From Candidatus Sericytochromatia bacterium (GTDB lineage Bacteria > Cyanobacteriota > Sericytochromatia > S15B-MN24 > UBA4093), in the NCBI GenBank assembly GCA_036676495.1, contig JAKFCT010000037.1, positions 1-54,512 of the forward strand: a stretch of 54,512 nt of DNA. Reading direction: 5' to 3'. The position numbers were made by a program, and so were the translations under genes. Shown here piece by piece: positions 43,974-52,626 of this stretch (position 1 is its first letter; each line of letters starts with the position of its first letter). The notes beneath the pieces were generated by a model. That model did no database searches. It had not been told where the DNA came from and saw only the letters and a program-made list of their open reading frames with translations.

Positions 43974-44570
43974 CTACTCGCCTCCCTGGTCGTACTGGGC
44001 GAACCCGTACGAATCCAGCGATTGCCGGTCGATCTTGGTGTAGACCAAGGCCGCGATCGACTTGCATCCCGCTTTGCGAAGCGCCTTCGAGGCCGCCTGA
44101 AGCGTCGAGCCCGAGCAGTAGATGCCGTCGATCAAGAGCACGTTCTTGTCCTTGATCGCATCCGGGCTCACGACCGTCATGCCCCCCCGCGCGAAGTCCA
44201 GCCCCCGCTCCGAGTACTCCGAGATCAAGCCGTAGCGGTTGAGAATCCCGATCGCCCGCGGAATGTTGGTCAGCTGGCTGATCCAGTCCACCAGCAGCGA
44301 GCTCGGATCGTAATCCGACAGCACCCGGCTCGACGGCACCGGGATCAAGAGATCGACGTTCTTCACCGCGGGAGTCGCCGTGATGAACGCCTGCGCCCAG
44401 CGCGCCAACGAGTCCACCAGGTACCACTGCTTGCGGTACTGGTAGCGGTAAATCGCCTCCCCCAAGAGCGTACGAGCCCCGTCCGGCTGGTTGTAGGCAT
44501 GGATGGCGTATCCGGCGTCCCAATCCCCGTTTAGTGCGATTCCGGCCGGTGCATTCCTCGGTGCATTCAT
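43974..44570 (-). CDS. ComF-like phosphoribosyltransferase-fold protein
   Basis: LIPVPSS; NVLLIDGIYCSGSTL PRPP loop variant. Confidence 0.75.
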   Translation of the reverse strand: MNAPRNAPAGIALNGDWDAGYAIHAYNQPDGARTLLGEAIYRYQYRKQWYLVDSLARWAQAFITATPAVKNVDLLIPVPSSRVLSDYDPSSLLVDWISQLTNIPRAIGILNRYGLISEYSERGLDFARGGMTVVSPDAIKDKNVLLIDGIYCSGSTLQAASKALRKAGCKSIAALVYTKIDRQSLDSYGFAQYDQGGE

Positions 44571-44695
44571 GGGGGGGCTCCTCCTTACATGCGGAAGCGA
44601 TCGTCACCCCCAGCGTACGGGGAGCCTGCCCAGCGAAATAGGAAACTCTCGACGAAAAGCTTCTCCCTTATCAAGAAACCCCTTACACTAAAGTC

Positions 44696-45655
44696 ATGAC
44701 GACCTGGCAACCCTCATCCGTCACCGGATCCATGCTCGCCCTCGCCTGCGGAGACGCCCTCGGCGCCGCCGTCAGCGGCATGTCCCATGCCCAGATTGCC
44801 CAGGCCTTCCCCCTCGGACTCTCCCAGTACCAGCCCGGACACGCCCTCGGCGCCCTTCCCGACCATCCCCCCGGCCTGCCCACCGACGACACCGAGATGA
44901 CCCTCGGCCTCGCCGAAGCCTACATGCTCGAAGCCGGCCTGCTCCGCCTCCCCACCCTCATCCGCACCTGGGTCCGCTGGTACCAGGACGGCCCCTACTG
45001 GGAGCTGGGGCCCGACAAAGCCTGCCACCAGGCCCTCATGAAGCTCGCCAACGGCGTCTCCTTCCTCAAGAGCGCCAGCCCCTCAGACGGCTGCGGCTCC
45101 GCCATGCGCGTCGCCCCCGTCGGCCTGATCTTCGCCCTCGAAGCCCCCGCCCGCCAAAGCGACGCCCTCCTCCAGTCCGCCCTCACCCACGACCACCCGG
45201 ACGCCACCGCCGCCGCCCTGGGCATGGCCGAAGCCGTCGCCTTCCTCGTCCGCACGCACCAGCGCCCCTTCTCCCGCGACTCCTTCCTCGAGACCCTCGT
45301 CGACGCCACCCTGCCCCACTCCCCGGCCTTCGCCCAGGCCCTGCGCTCGCTGCCCAGGAACCCCCGGGACGTCGCGGAAGCCGCCACGGAAGCCGTCCCC
45401 GCCGCGCTTTCCCTCTTCCTCCAGCACCGGGACGACCTGCCCTCCGCCGTCATGGCCGCCGCCGCCGCCGGCGGCCGCACCGATACCCTCGCCTCCATGG
45501 TCGGCGCCCTCTCCGGGGCCTACCTGGGCCCCGACGCCATCCCCGCCCCATGGATCGAGGGCCTATCGAACCTAGAGCGCGTCGAGCGAGCCTCCCAGGG
45601 AGTCAGCATCCTGGCGATCGCCCGCCGGGCATGCCTCGGAGACGCGGAAAGGTAA
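44696..45655 (+). CDS. ADP-ribosylglycohydrolase family protein
   Basis: GDALG, TDDTE, GSAMRVAP, THD, GGRTDT.ASM.GAL.GA. Confidence 0.9.
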   Translation: MTTWQPSSVTGSMLALACGDALGAAVSGMSHAQIAQAFPLGLSQYQPGHALGALPDHPPGLPTDDTEMTLGLAEAYMLEAGLLRLPTLIRTWVRWYQDGPYWELGPDKACHQALMKLANGVSFLKSASPSDGCGSAMRVAPVGLIFALEAPARQSDALLQSALTHDHPDATAAALGMAEAVAFLVRTHQRPFSRDSFLETLVDATLPHSPAFAQALRSLPRNPRDVAEAATEAVPAALSLFLQHRDDLPSAVMAAAAAGGRTDTLASMVGALSGAYLGPDAIPAPWIEGLSNLERVERASQGVSILAIARRACLGDAER

Positions 45656-45700
45656 TCCCCCCGCGCCTCCGGGTAGAATGCTCCCGGAGGTGATGCCCAC

Positions 45701-46225
45701 ATGCTGAAGAAGCCCAACCCGTTCAAAGCCAAGCAGGAACTCGCCAAGGCCAAGCCCGCGGCTAAAGAAGAAGGAAACGTCATCGACCTGACGACGGCTC
45801 CTCCCCGCAGCCCCTTCGAGATGCTCAACGGCTACGTCTTCCTGCCCCGCCTCATCGACAAGGCCCGCGCCCACCTCAGCGAGAAACTGGGAAGCTACAC
45901 CTACGGCAAGCCCGGCAGCCTGGACGCCTTCTTCTTCACCCAGCACGGCCTCAGCGCCGACGAGTTCGCCAAGGCCGTCCGCGCCGCCGGATCCGACCAG
46001 GAGGTCGTGACCTGGTTCAGCATGCGGACCAAGATCAAGACCCCCAACGCCATCAAGGAATACAACCGGAAGTTCGCCTCGCTCGCCCCGTCGAGCGCCG
46101 AGTCGGTCAAGGCCTTCATGGTGCACGTGAAGCAGGTCGTGCCGCCGGAGCAGGCGGATCGGATCAAGACCTGGTTCCAGCTGCTGGACGCCGACGAAGG
46201 CCGCCTGGATCTGATCGTCCGCTAA
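45701..46225 (+). CDS. DUF5069-like protein
   Basis: DLT..PPRSP...L.GYVFLPRLIDKARA...LG.Y; TWF.LLDADEGR. Confidence 0.75.
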   Translation: MLKKPNPFKAKQELAKAKPAAKEEGNVIDLTTAPPRSPFEMLNGYVFLPRLIDKARAHLSEKLGSYTYGKPGSLDAFFFTQHGLSADEFAKAVRAAGSDQEVVTWFSMRTKIKTPNAIKEYNRKFASLAPSSAESVKAFMVHVKQVVPPEQADRIKTWFQLLDADEGRLDLIVR

Positions 46226-46750
46226 ATGTCCCCCCTCGATGGGGGGACCGGCGAAGCCGAGGGGGGTGTTACTGCTCCCAGGTTCCTTATGAAAGGAGGC
46301 CTCCCTTGCGCTTTCATCAAAGAACCAGCCGAAACACCACCAAGTTACGAAACACCATGACCGATGCCGAGCAAAAGCTCTGGTACTTCCTTCAACGCGA
46401 GAACCTGGGGTGCAAATTCCGGCGCCAGGTCCCCCTTGGTCGCTACATCGTGGACTTTGCATCCCTGGAGAACGGTCTCATCATCGAAGTGGATGGTGGG
46501 CAGCATGCCGGAAATACCCAGGATATGCAGAGGGATTCCTGGCTCCAGGAACAAGGCTACCGCGTGCTGAGATTCTGGAATCATGACGTGCTTCAGAATA
46601 CCGAAGGTGTCTTAACACGCATCCGAGAAACGCTACAGGGCCAGGAATAAGCTCACGCATTCGACAAGGAACGCCATGGCTGCGCCGGCTAACACCCCCC
46701 GGGGCTTCGCCCCGCCCCCCCATCGAGGGGGGGCAAGATAGGGAAGATTA
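46212..46750 (+). mobile_element. Palindromic-armed element (copy A) carrying a DUF559 nuclease gene
   Basis: Both arms match the gene-less copy at 30230-30401; ggggggtgtt/aacacccccc and gttcctt/aaggaac pair across the gene. Confidence 0.75.
46306..46650 (+). CDS. DUF559 / Vsr-like endonuclease domain protein
   Basis: AAAGGAGG SD then TTG; LR..MTDAE.KLW..L, KFRRQ, YIVDF, IIEVDGGQH, RD.WL...GY.VLRFWN; visibly more AT-rich than neighbours. Confidence 0.93.
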   Translation: MRFHQRTSRNTTKLRNTMTDAEQKLWYFLQRENLGCKFRRQVPLGRYIVDFASLENGLIIEVDGGQHAGNTQDMQRDSWLQEQGYRVLRFWNHDVLQNTEGVLTRIRETLQGQE

Positions 46751-47863
46751 GAAGGCCTTGGAGAACGGCCTCACCGATCCCCGATGCACCGAGAAGATCT
46801 CGGCGGCGTCGATCCAGTCGGCGGTGAAATCGCTGAGGTGCGTCGAGGTCACGAAGGTCTGAACCTCCCCCCCGATGGCCGCCAGAAGCGCGTTCTGGCG
46901 GCGGATGTCCAGCTCGGCCAGGACGTCGTCCAACAAGAGCAACGGCGACTCGCCGGACTCCTGGCGAAAGACGTCGAGCTCGGCGAGCTTCAAGGCCAGG
47001 ACCACCGTCCGCTGCTGGCCCTGAGAGGCGAAGGCCTTCGCCTCATGCCCGTCGATCGCCAGGTCCAAATCGTCCCGGTGCGGGCCGGCCAGGGTCTGCC
47101 CCCGCGCGATCTCCTTGCCCCTGCCTTCCTGCAGCTGCATGAGCAGCGATCGCTCCCAGTCCTCTCCCTCCAGCCGCTCCAGAGCCGGCAAGAGCCGCAT
47201 CGAGAGGGTCTCGTGCCCGGAGGAGATCTCCGCATGCCAGAAGCGCGCCCGCTCCGCGAGCGCCTCCACCAGCGCGCGCCGCTTGCGCCAGATCTCGGCG
47301 CCGTAGCGTGCCAGCTGCATGTCCCAGATCTCCAGGCTCTCCGGGGAAACTCCCTCGGAGATCGCCCGCAGCGCGTTGTTGCGCTGCAAGAGCACCCGCT
47401 GGTAGTTCTGGTGGGCCTGGTAATAGGTCGGAGAGAGCTGGACCAAGATGCCGTCCATGTAGCGCCGCCGATGCGCGGGCGAGCCCTTCACGAGCTGGAG
47501 ATCCTCCCCCGAGAAGAGCACGATCATGACCGTCCCCAGCAGGTCCGCGAAGCGGCGCTGGTAGATCCCGTTGATCCGGATGGCCCGCCGGCCGCCGGCG
47601 CGGAAGAGCAGATCCACGGCCGTCGTCCCCAGCTCGCGCTCCACCTCGCTCCGGATGATGGCCTGCTCGGTGTTCCAGCGGATCAGCTCCGCCTCCTTCG
47701 CGGCGAAGGGCGACTGGCCCGTGGCCAGGATCGCGATCGCCTCCAACAAGTTGGTCTTCCCCTGGGCGTTATCCCCGAGGAAGATCACCGATTGGCGATG
47801 GAACTGCACGTCGAGTTCCGCGTAGGATCGGAAGTTGCTGAGGTTTAGCGAACGTAGAAACAC
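46748..47863 (-). CDS. recF: DNA replication/repair protein RecF
   Basis: NFRSY, GDNAQGKTNLLEAI, GPHRDDL, SQGQQR, LLLDDVLAELD. Confidence 0.97.
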   Translation of the reverse strand: MFLRSLNLSNFRSYAELDVQFHRQSVIFLGDNAQGKTNLLEAIAILATGQSPFAAKEAELIRWNTEQAIIRSEVERELGTTAVDLLFRAGGRRAIRINGIYQRRFADLLGTVMIVLFSGEDLQLVKGSPAHRRRYMDGILVQLSPTYYQAHQNYQRVLLQRNNALRAISEGVSPESLEIWDMQLARYGAEIWRKRRALVEALAERARFWHAEISSGHETLSMRLLPALERLEGEDWERSLLMQLQEGRGKEIARGQTLAGPHRDDLDLAIDGHEAKAFASQGQQRTVVLALKLAELDVFRQESGESPLLLLDDVLAELDIRRQNALLAAIGGEVQTFVTSTHLSDFTADWIDAAEIFSVHRGSVRPFSKAF

Positions 47864-48056
47864 CTCATGATTATCTCACAGCCCTCCGGCACCTTCCAGA
47901 GCCCGTCGCCTTCCGGCCGGAGGGCCTATGGGCCCGATCCGCGCCTCCGGCATGGGACGCGCGAGATTGCGTTTTTTGAAGGCGAGCGCAATAATAGAGA
48001 CTCGCTTGCTCAAGATTCTTGACCGCCTCCTTATGGACGCATGAAGGGAGAATCCG

Positions 48057-48845
48057 ATGGCGCCCACCACCCTGATCACCGGTGCCTCGAGCGGTATCGG
48101 AAAAGTGTTCGCCGAGCGCTTCGCCCGGGAGCGCCACGATCTCATCGTGGTCGCCCGCCGAGAAACCGAACTCGCGACCCTCGCCGAGCATCTGACCCGC
48201 GCCCATGGCGTCACGGTCCACGTCATCCCCGCCGATCTCTCCCTCCCCGGCGCCGCCCCGCGCCTCTACGACGAGGTCCAGGCGCGGGGTCTGCAAGTCG
48301 ACGGGCTGATCAACAACGCGGGCTTCGGCATCCACGGCGCCCACGCCGAGATGGATCCCGCGGCCCTGGAGCGCATGCTGACGGTGAACGTCACGGTCCT
48401 GACCATGCTGACGCGGATCTTCCTGCCGGACATGATCGCGCGCCGCTCCGGCACGATCGTCAACATCGCCTCCACCGCCGCCTTCCAGCCGATCCCGTAC
48501 TTCGCGGCCTACGCGGCCTCCAAGGCCTACGTGCTCTCGCTGACCGAGGGACTCGCCGAGGAAGTGAAGGAATACGGCATCAAGGTGGTGGCGCTCTGCC
48601 CCGGCCCCACGCGCACGGGGTTCATGGAGAGCGCGGGGCTCCAGCTGGGGGGAGTCAAGTACGCGGACGCCGCCTTCATGGATGCCCATGACGTCGTCGA
48701 GGCCTGCATGCAGGCCTTGGGCACGCGCGAGGTCGTGCGGATCCCCGGTGTCCTGAACGCCCTCATGGCCCGCTCGCTGCCCTTCCTTCCCCGGCAGCTG
48801 GTCGCCAAGGTCTCCGGGAAGCTCATGCGCGACAGCCAGCACTGA
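48057..48845 (+). CDS. SDR family oxidoreductase
   Basis: TGASSGIG, NNAGFG, YAASKA, LCPGPT. Confidence 0.93.
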   Translation: MAPTTLITGASSGIGKVFAERFARERHDLIVVARRETELATLAEHLTRAHGVTVHVIPADLSLPGAAPRLYDEVQARGLQVDGLINNAGFGIHGAHAEMDPAALERMLTVNVTVLTMLTRIFLPDMIARRSGTIVNIASTAAFQPIPYFAAYAASKAYVLSLTEGLAEEVKEYGIKVVALCPGPTRTGFMESAGLQLGGVKYADAAFMDAHDVVEACMQALGTREVVRIPGVLNALMARSLPFLPRQLVAKVSGKLMRDSQH

Positions 48846-49000
48846 ACGCGTCTACAAGCCCTTTGGACCGAGTGGCGGGCGCTTCGCTTCCTCGCGCATC
48901 GGCGTCCCAGGCCCCAGGCTGAGCGGAAGAACCCCCGCGGCCTCCCCCGGAGCGAGGAGCGGGCCCGAGGCTAGGGGCCGAACGGGGGAACGCGACTCGT

Positions 49001-49077
49001 CCATGGTTTGCCCTCCTACATGGCTTGCCTTTCATGGCTCGCCGTCCATGGCTTCCCCGCCATGGCCTGCCCTCCTG
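49001..49077 (-). repeat. Five imperfect 14-17 bp repeats each ending in ATG on the minus strand
   Basis: catgg at 49002, 49019, 49033, 49047, 49061. Confidence 0.75.
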
Positions 49078-49182
49078 ACACACAACCAGTTCCAGGAGGG
49101 ATCGTAGGGCGAAACGTTCCTGCAAGCTAGGGAGCGTTCTCCAAAGAAATTCCATGATCGCGCGACGCCCGAACGTCACAAA

Positions 49183-49214
49183 GCCGAGCGCCCGTCGCGT
49201 GACGGGCGCTCGGC
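49183..49214 (-). terminator. Hairpin downstream of dnaN
   Basis: gccgagcgcccgtc-gcgt-gacgggcgctcggc followed by TTT on minus strand. Confidence 0.75.
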
Positions 49215-49233
49215 GTGATCGGGGCGTGAGGCG

Positions 49234-50337
49234 CTAGCTGCGGATGGGCATCAGCAGGCAGGAGTAGGTCTCGTCGTCGACGCTCTGCACCAGCGCGGGC
49301 ATCAGGGAGCCGTTGAGCTTGATGGTCGCGGTCTCGCCTTCCAGGGCCTTGAGGGCGTCGAGCAGGTAGGTGGCGTTGAAGGCGATGGTCATCGTCTCGC
49401 CCACGTACTCGATGGGAAGGTGCTCGTCGCCCTCTCCCAGGTCGATGGCGTTGGCCTGGAGGTGCAGATCGCCGTCGGTGAAGGTGAGCTTGACGACCTT
49501 GGCTTCCCGCTCGGAGGCCATGATCGAGACGCGCTCGACGGCGCTCTGCAGGAGGGCGCGGTCGACCAGGACCTGGCAGGAGAACGACGCCGGGATGATC
49601 TGGCCGTAGTTGGGGAAGGTGCCGTCGATGAGGCGGCTGGTCATGAAGCGATCGCCCAGGGTGAAGAGGATCTGGTTCTGGGCGTTGGCGACGACCAGGG
49701 AGTCGTCCTCGCTGGAGCCCAGCAGGCGGGCGAGCTCGTTCATGGCGCGGGCCGGGACGATCACCGCGAGGCTGCCCTCGGAATCGACCGCCCAGCGGCG
49801 CCAGGCGAGGCGGTAGCCGTCGGTGGCAACCACCTCGAGGTGGCCGTCCTTGACCTGGAGGAAGATGCCGCTGATGACCGACTTGTCGTCCTTGGCGGCG
49901 GCGAAGCCGGTCTGACGGATGCCCTTGAGCAGTTCGGCCGACGCGAGCTTGAGGCTGGTCGCGTTGGAGGCCAGCTGGGGCAGCTTGGGGAACTCGTCGG
50001 AAGGCAGGCCCGGAAGGACGAAGCGCGAGCGCTCGCACTGCACCGTGGCCCGGGATCCGGCATCCCCGACCGAAAGCGCCACGTCGGCGTTGGGAAGCTT
50101 GTTGATGATCTCCGCCAGCTGACGGGCGGCGATCGTCACGGCTCCCGAGGCTTTCACGGTGGCCGGAACGGTGGCCTCGATGCCGACCTCGAGGTCGGTC
50201 GCCGTGATGCGGAGGCGATCGCCGTCGGTCGCGATGAGGACGTTGCTCAGAATCGGCAGGGGACCGCGGTTGGCGACGACGCGCTGGACGGCCTGGATCC
50301 CTTTCGAGAGCTCTTCCCGGGCACAGGTGAATTCCAT
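49234..50337 (-). CDS. dnaN: DNA polymerase III beta clamp
   Basis: LPILSNVLI, ATDLE, ATDGYRL, SRLIDGTFPNY, FNATYL, LLMPIR. Confidence 0.98.
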   Translation of the reverse strand: MEFTCAREELSKGIQAVQRVVANRGPLPILSNVLIATDGDRLRITATDLEVGIEATVPATVKASGAVTIAARQLAEIINKLPNADVALSVGDAGSRATVQCERSRFVLPGLPSDEFPKLPQLASNATSLKLASAELLKGIRQTGFAAAKDDKSVISGIFLQVKDGHLEVVATDGYRLAWRRWAVDSEGSLAVIVPARAMNELARLLGSSEDDSLVVANAQNQILFTLGDRFMTSRLIDGTFPNYGQIIPASFSCQVLVDRALLQSAVERVSIMASEREAKVVKLTFTDGDLHLQANAIDLGEGDEHLPIEYVGETMTIAFNATYLLDALKALEGETATIKLNGSLMPALVQSVDDETYSCLLMPIRS

Positions 50338-50619
50338 CGAGGGCTTCTCCTATTCGAGCGGATGTACCGCGAACGCTTGTTCGACTGCTGCGAGTCGGAC
50401 CGTGACGAGGGCAATTTTCCGGATCACTTTCCGGGGAGTTTCCGGGACGGGACGGTGAGTCGGGCCGCATGAGCCGCTTGCCATCGAGTTATTCTAGCAG
50501 GCCTTCAGGACCGATCGCAACTGCCTTTCAGGCTACCCTCGGAGAAGATCCCCGGGCCTTTCGGATGCTCCCTTTTTTCTCCTTAACGGGGGATCTCGGG
50601 GAGAAAGATCTTGATCCCG

Positions 50620-51273
50620 TAATAGTAGGGGGAGTGGATCATGGGGATAACTGCCCATGATCGCGTGACGAGGCGGATTCCAGGAGTCGATAAGCCTGGG
50701 GATAACCAGGCGGAGTTATCCACAGTTCGGGAGGGATTTTTTTCATCCCCTCCTTGTCCACAGGTTTTGCTCCCGGTTATCCACCGGGTTGTGCACAACC
50801 GCGTCGAAGCCTCCAAACCCGCGTGGCGCCTCCGTTTGGAGCAGATGTCAACATTTCTCCATGGAGCGAGTTATCCCCAAGGACCCTGAACCGCTGGAGC
50901 GGCGGGCGATCATGCCCCGGAGGGGCGGTGGATAACTGCGCGCCTTTCCACAGAGTTATCCACAAGGCGCGCTGGAGATCGCCGATCCGTCCACATGCTT
51001 TCCCCTCCTCATGCCGAGTTATCCACAACTTTTCCGCTCCCCGGCCGTGCGGGTTATCCACAGCATGGGGATGAATTGTCCACAAGCTCCCCGGGAGGGG
51101 AGGGATAACTCCGGCGCCGTTTAATACTTGTTTAAAAAAGGCTGGAATCACCTAGGCATGCGCCTTAGAGGCCTATATCGAACAGAGGTTTTAATTTGGG
51201 ATCTTGCCGGGCAACCCCTTGACATTCGGTTCTTCCCCTCCCTGTCCCCAAGTTGTCCACAGGGTTATCCCCA
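50620..51273. other. Chromosomal replication origin oriC
   Basis: Perfect TTATCCACA at 50716, 50956, 51019, 51054; near matches at 50642, 50697, 50754, 50777, 50871, 50927, 51076, 51253, 51265; TAATAGTAG trios at 50620; AT-rich tract 51120-51140. Confidence 0.92.
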
Positions 51274-51371
51274 GGAAATCGAACAGGTGATCGACCTCAC
51301 TTTTCCCCAGCTGAAAAAAAATTTTCCCCCTCCCGGGAGCGGGAAGGGGAAAAAATCGACCGCGCGAGGCG

Positions 51372-52457
51372 CTAGAGACCCAGGAGCTCCGAGGAGCCGT
51401 CGGCGTAGGTGATCGTGGGGGCCTTCTCCCCCTTGCGGGAATCGAAGCTGACCGAGGCCAGCTGCCGCTGGTCCAGCGTCGAGACGAACTGGCCATTGAA
51501 GCTGGTGTGCCGCTCGTCGACGGGAAGCAGCTTGCCATTGAAGGTGAACTGCTGGGTCGTGTTCGTGAGCGCGACGGTCACGACGTCCGGGACGGGCTTG
51601 GCGATGCCCCCCTGGGCGGAGACGTGGACCTGCCAGTCCTGGCGGCCGTGCTTCGGGGTCTCGAGACTGATGGGGCCCGACCAGGTGACGGTGATCAGGT
51701 CGGATCCGCCCTTCTGGATCGTGACCTTCTGATCGAAGGTCATCCGGGGAAGCGAGCCCTTCCAGAAGATCTCCGTGGGGATCCGCTGCACCTGGGTGGC
51801 GAGGAGCCGGTAGGCGTCGGTCTCGTCGTAGAGCTCGCCCATGGGGTACTCGAAGGGCTGGAAGTGCTTGGCGCCGACGGTCACGTCCAGGGCCTCGGAG
51901 GCCTTGCCCTGGGGCTTGAGGGCGAGGTGCAGGGAGGCCTCGTCGATGTCTCCGTCGGGCTGCTGGTTGAAGGCGAACTCGTAGGGCTCTCCTCCCATGG
52001 AAAGGGGCTTGTTCCAGGAGGGGGCGGCGACCTCGAGCGTGACGGATCCCGTGGTGCCGTCGGGAAGCTGCGCCAGGGAGATCGTGGCTTGGCGGCGGGC
52101 CTGGCCCCGGCCGGTGAAGGCGAAGCTCAGATCCGTGGCGGGACCGACCATGCGGGAGATCTGCCGGTCGTCGTCATAGGTAAGGGTGTAGTCTCCGCGG
52201 GTCGCCGTGCCCAGGATCCGGTAGGCGTGGGCGGCGTTGAAGGCGCTGACGGTCTTCAGGCCGGAGTCGGCGGTCTGGCCGAGGGCTTTCACGGTGTCCT
52301 TGAGGGAGGAGAGGCTTTCCTTGAGGGATTCGGTCTGGGACTGGGAGGAGACGCCGGTCCCGCCGAGGGGGATCGAGCAGCCGCCGGCGAGCACCGCGGC
52401 GCCGAGACCGGAGAGGACGAGGATCTGGAGGAGAGGCGGCTTCGTGAGGGGCTTCAT
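51372..52457 (-). CDS. Hypothetical beta-rich lipoprotein
   Basis: AAAGGA SD; lipobox LAGGC; AYRILG motif. Confidence 0.75.
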   Translation of the reverse strand: MKPLTKPPLLQILVLSGLGAAVLAGGCSIPLGGTGVSSQSQTESLKESLSSLKDTVKALGQTADSGLKTVSAFNAAHAYRILGTATRGDYTLTYDDDRQISRMVGPATDLSFAFTGRGQARRQATISLAQLPDGTTGSVTLEVAAPSWNKPLSMGGEPYEFAFNQQPDGDIDEASLHLALKPQGKASEALDVTVGAKHFQPFEYPMGELYDETDAYRLLATQVQRIPTEIFWKGSLPRMTFDQKVTIQKGGSDLITVTWSGPISLETPKHGRQDWQVHVSAQGGIAKPVPDVVTVALTNTTQQFTFNGKLLPVDERHTSFNGQFVSTLDQRQLASVSFDSRKGEKAPTITYADGSSELLGL

Positions 52458-52553
52458 GGCCGATCCTTTCGGTTGCGCGAGCGGGCCTCCGGGGGCGGGA
52501 TCGCGGGGCTTGGACGAGACTTCCTCCAGGATACGCAGGCGGGGTAAAACGAG

Positions 52554-52596
52554 CAAGCGACCCCGCTCACAGGTCACCTGTGAGCGGGGTCGCTTG
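52554..52596. terminator. 21-bp perfect inverted repeat downstream of dnaA
   Basis: caagcgaccccgctcacaggt-c-acctgtgagcggggtcgcttg. Confidence 0.7.
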
Positions 52597-52626
52597 TCCA
52601 GTCAGTGGACGCGGAGGGGCCTTGCG

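Noticed and set aside
46196-46225. DUF5069 C-terminus GRLDLIVR resembles the donor-strand tail
   Set aside because: Protein has no signal peptide, and the last codons appear to derive from the mobile element terminus
42373-49077. Short direct repeats as possible CRISPR arrays
   Set aside because: No unique spacers, units too short, no cas genes
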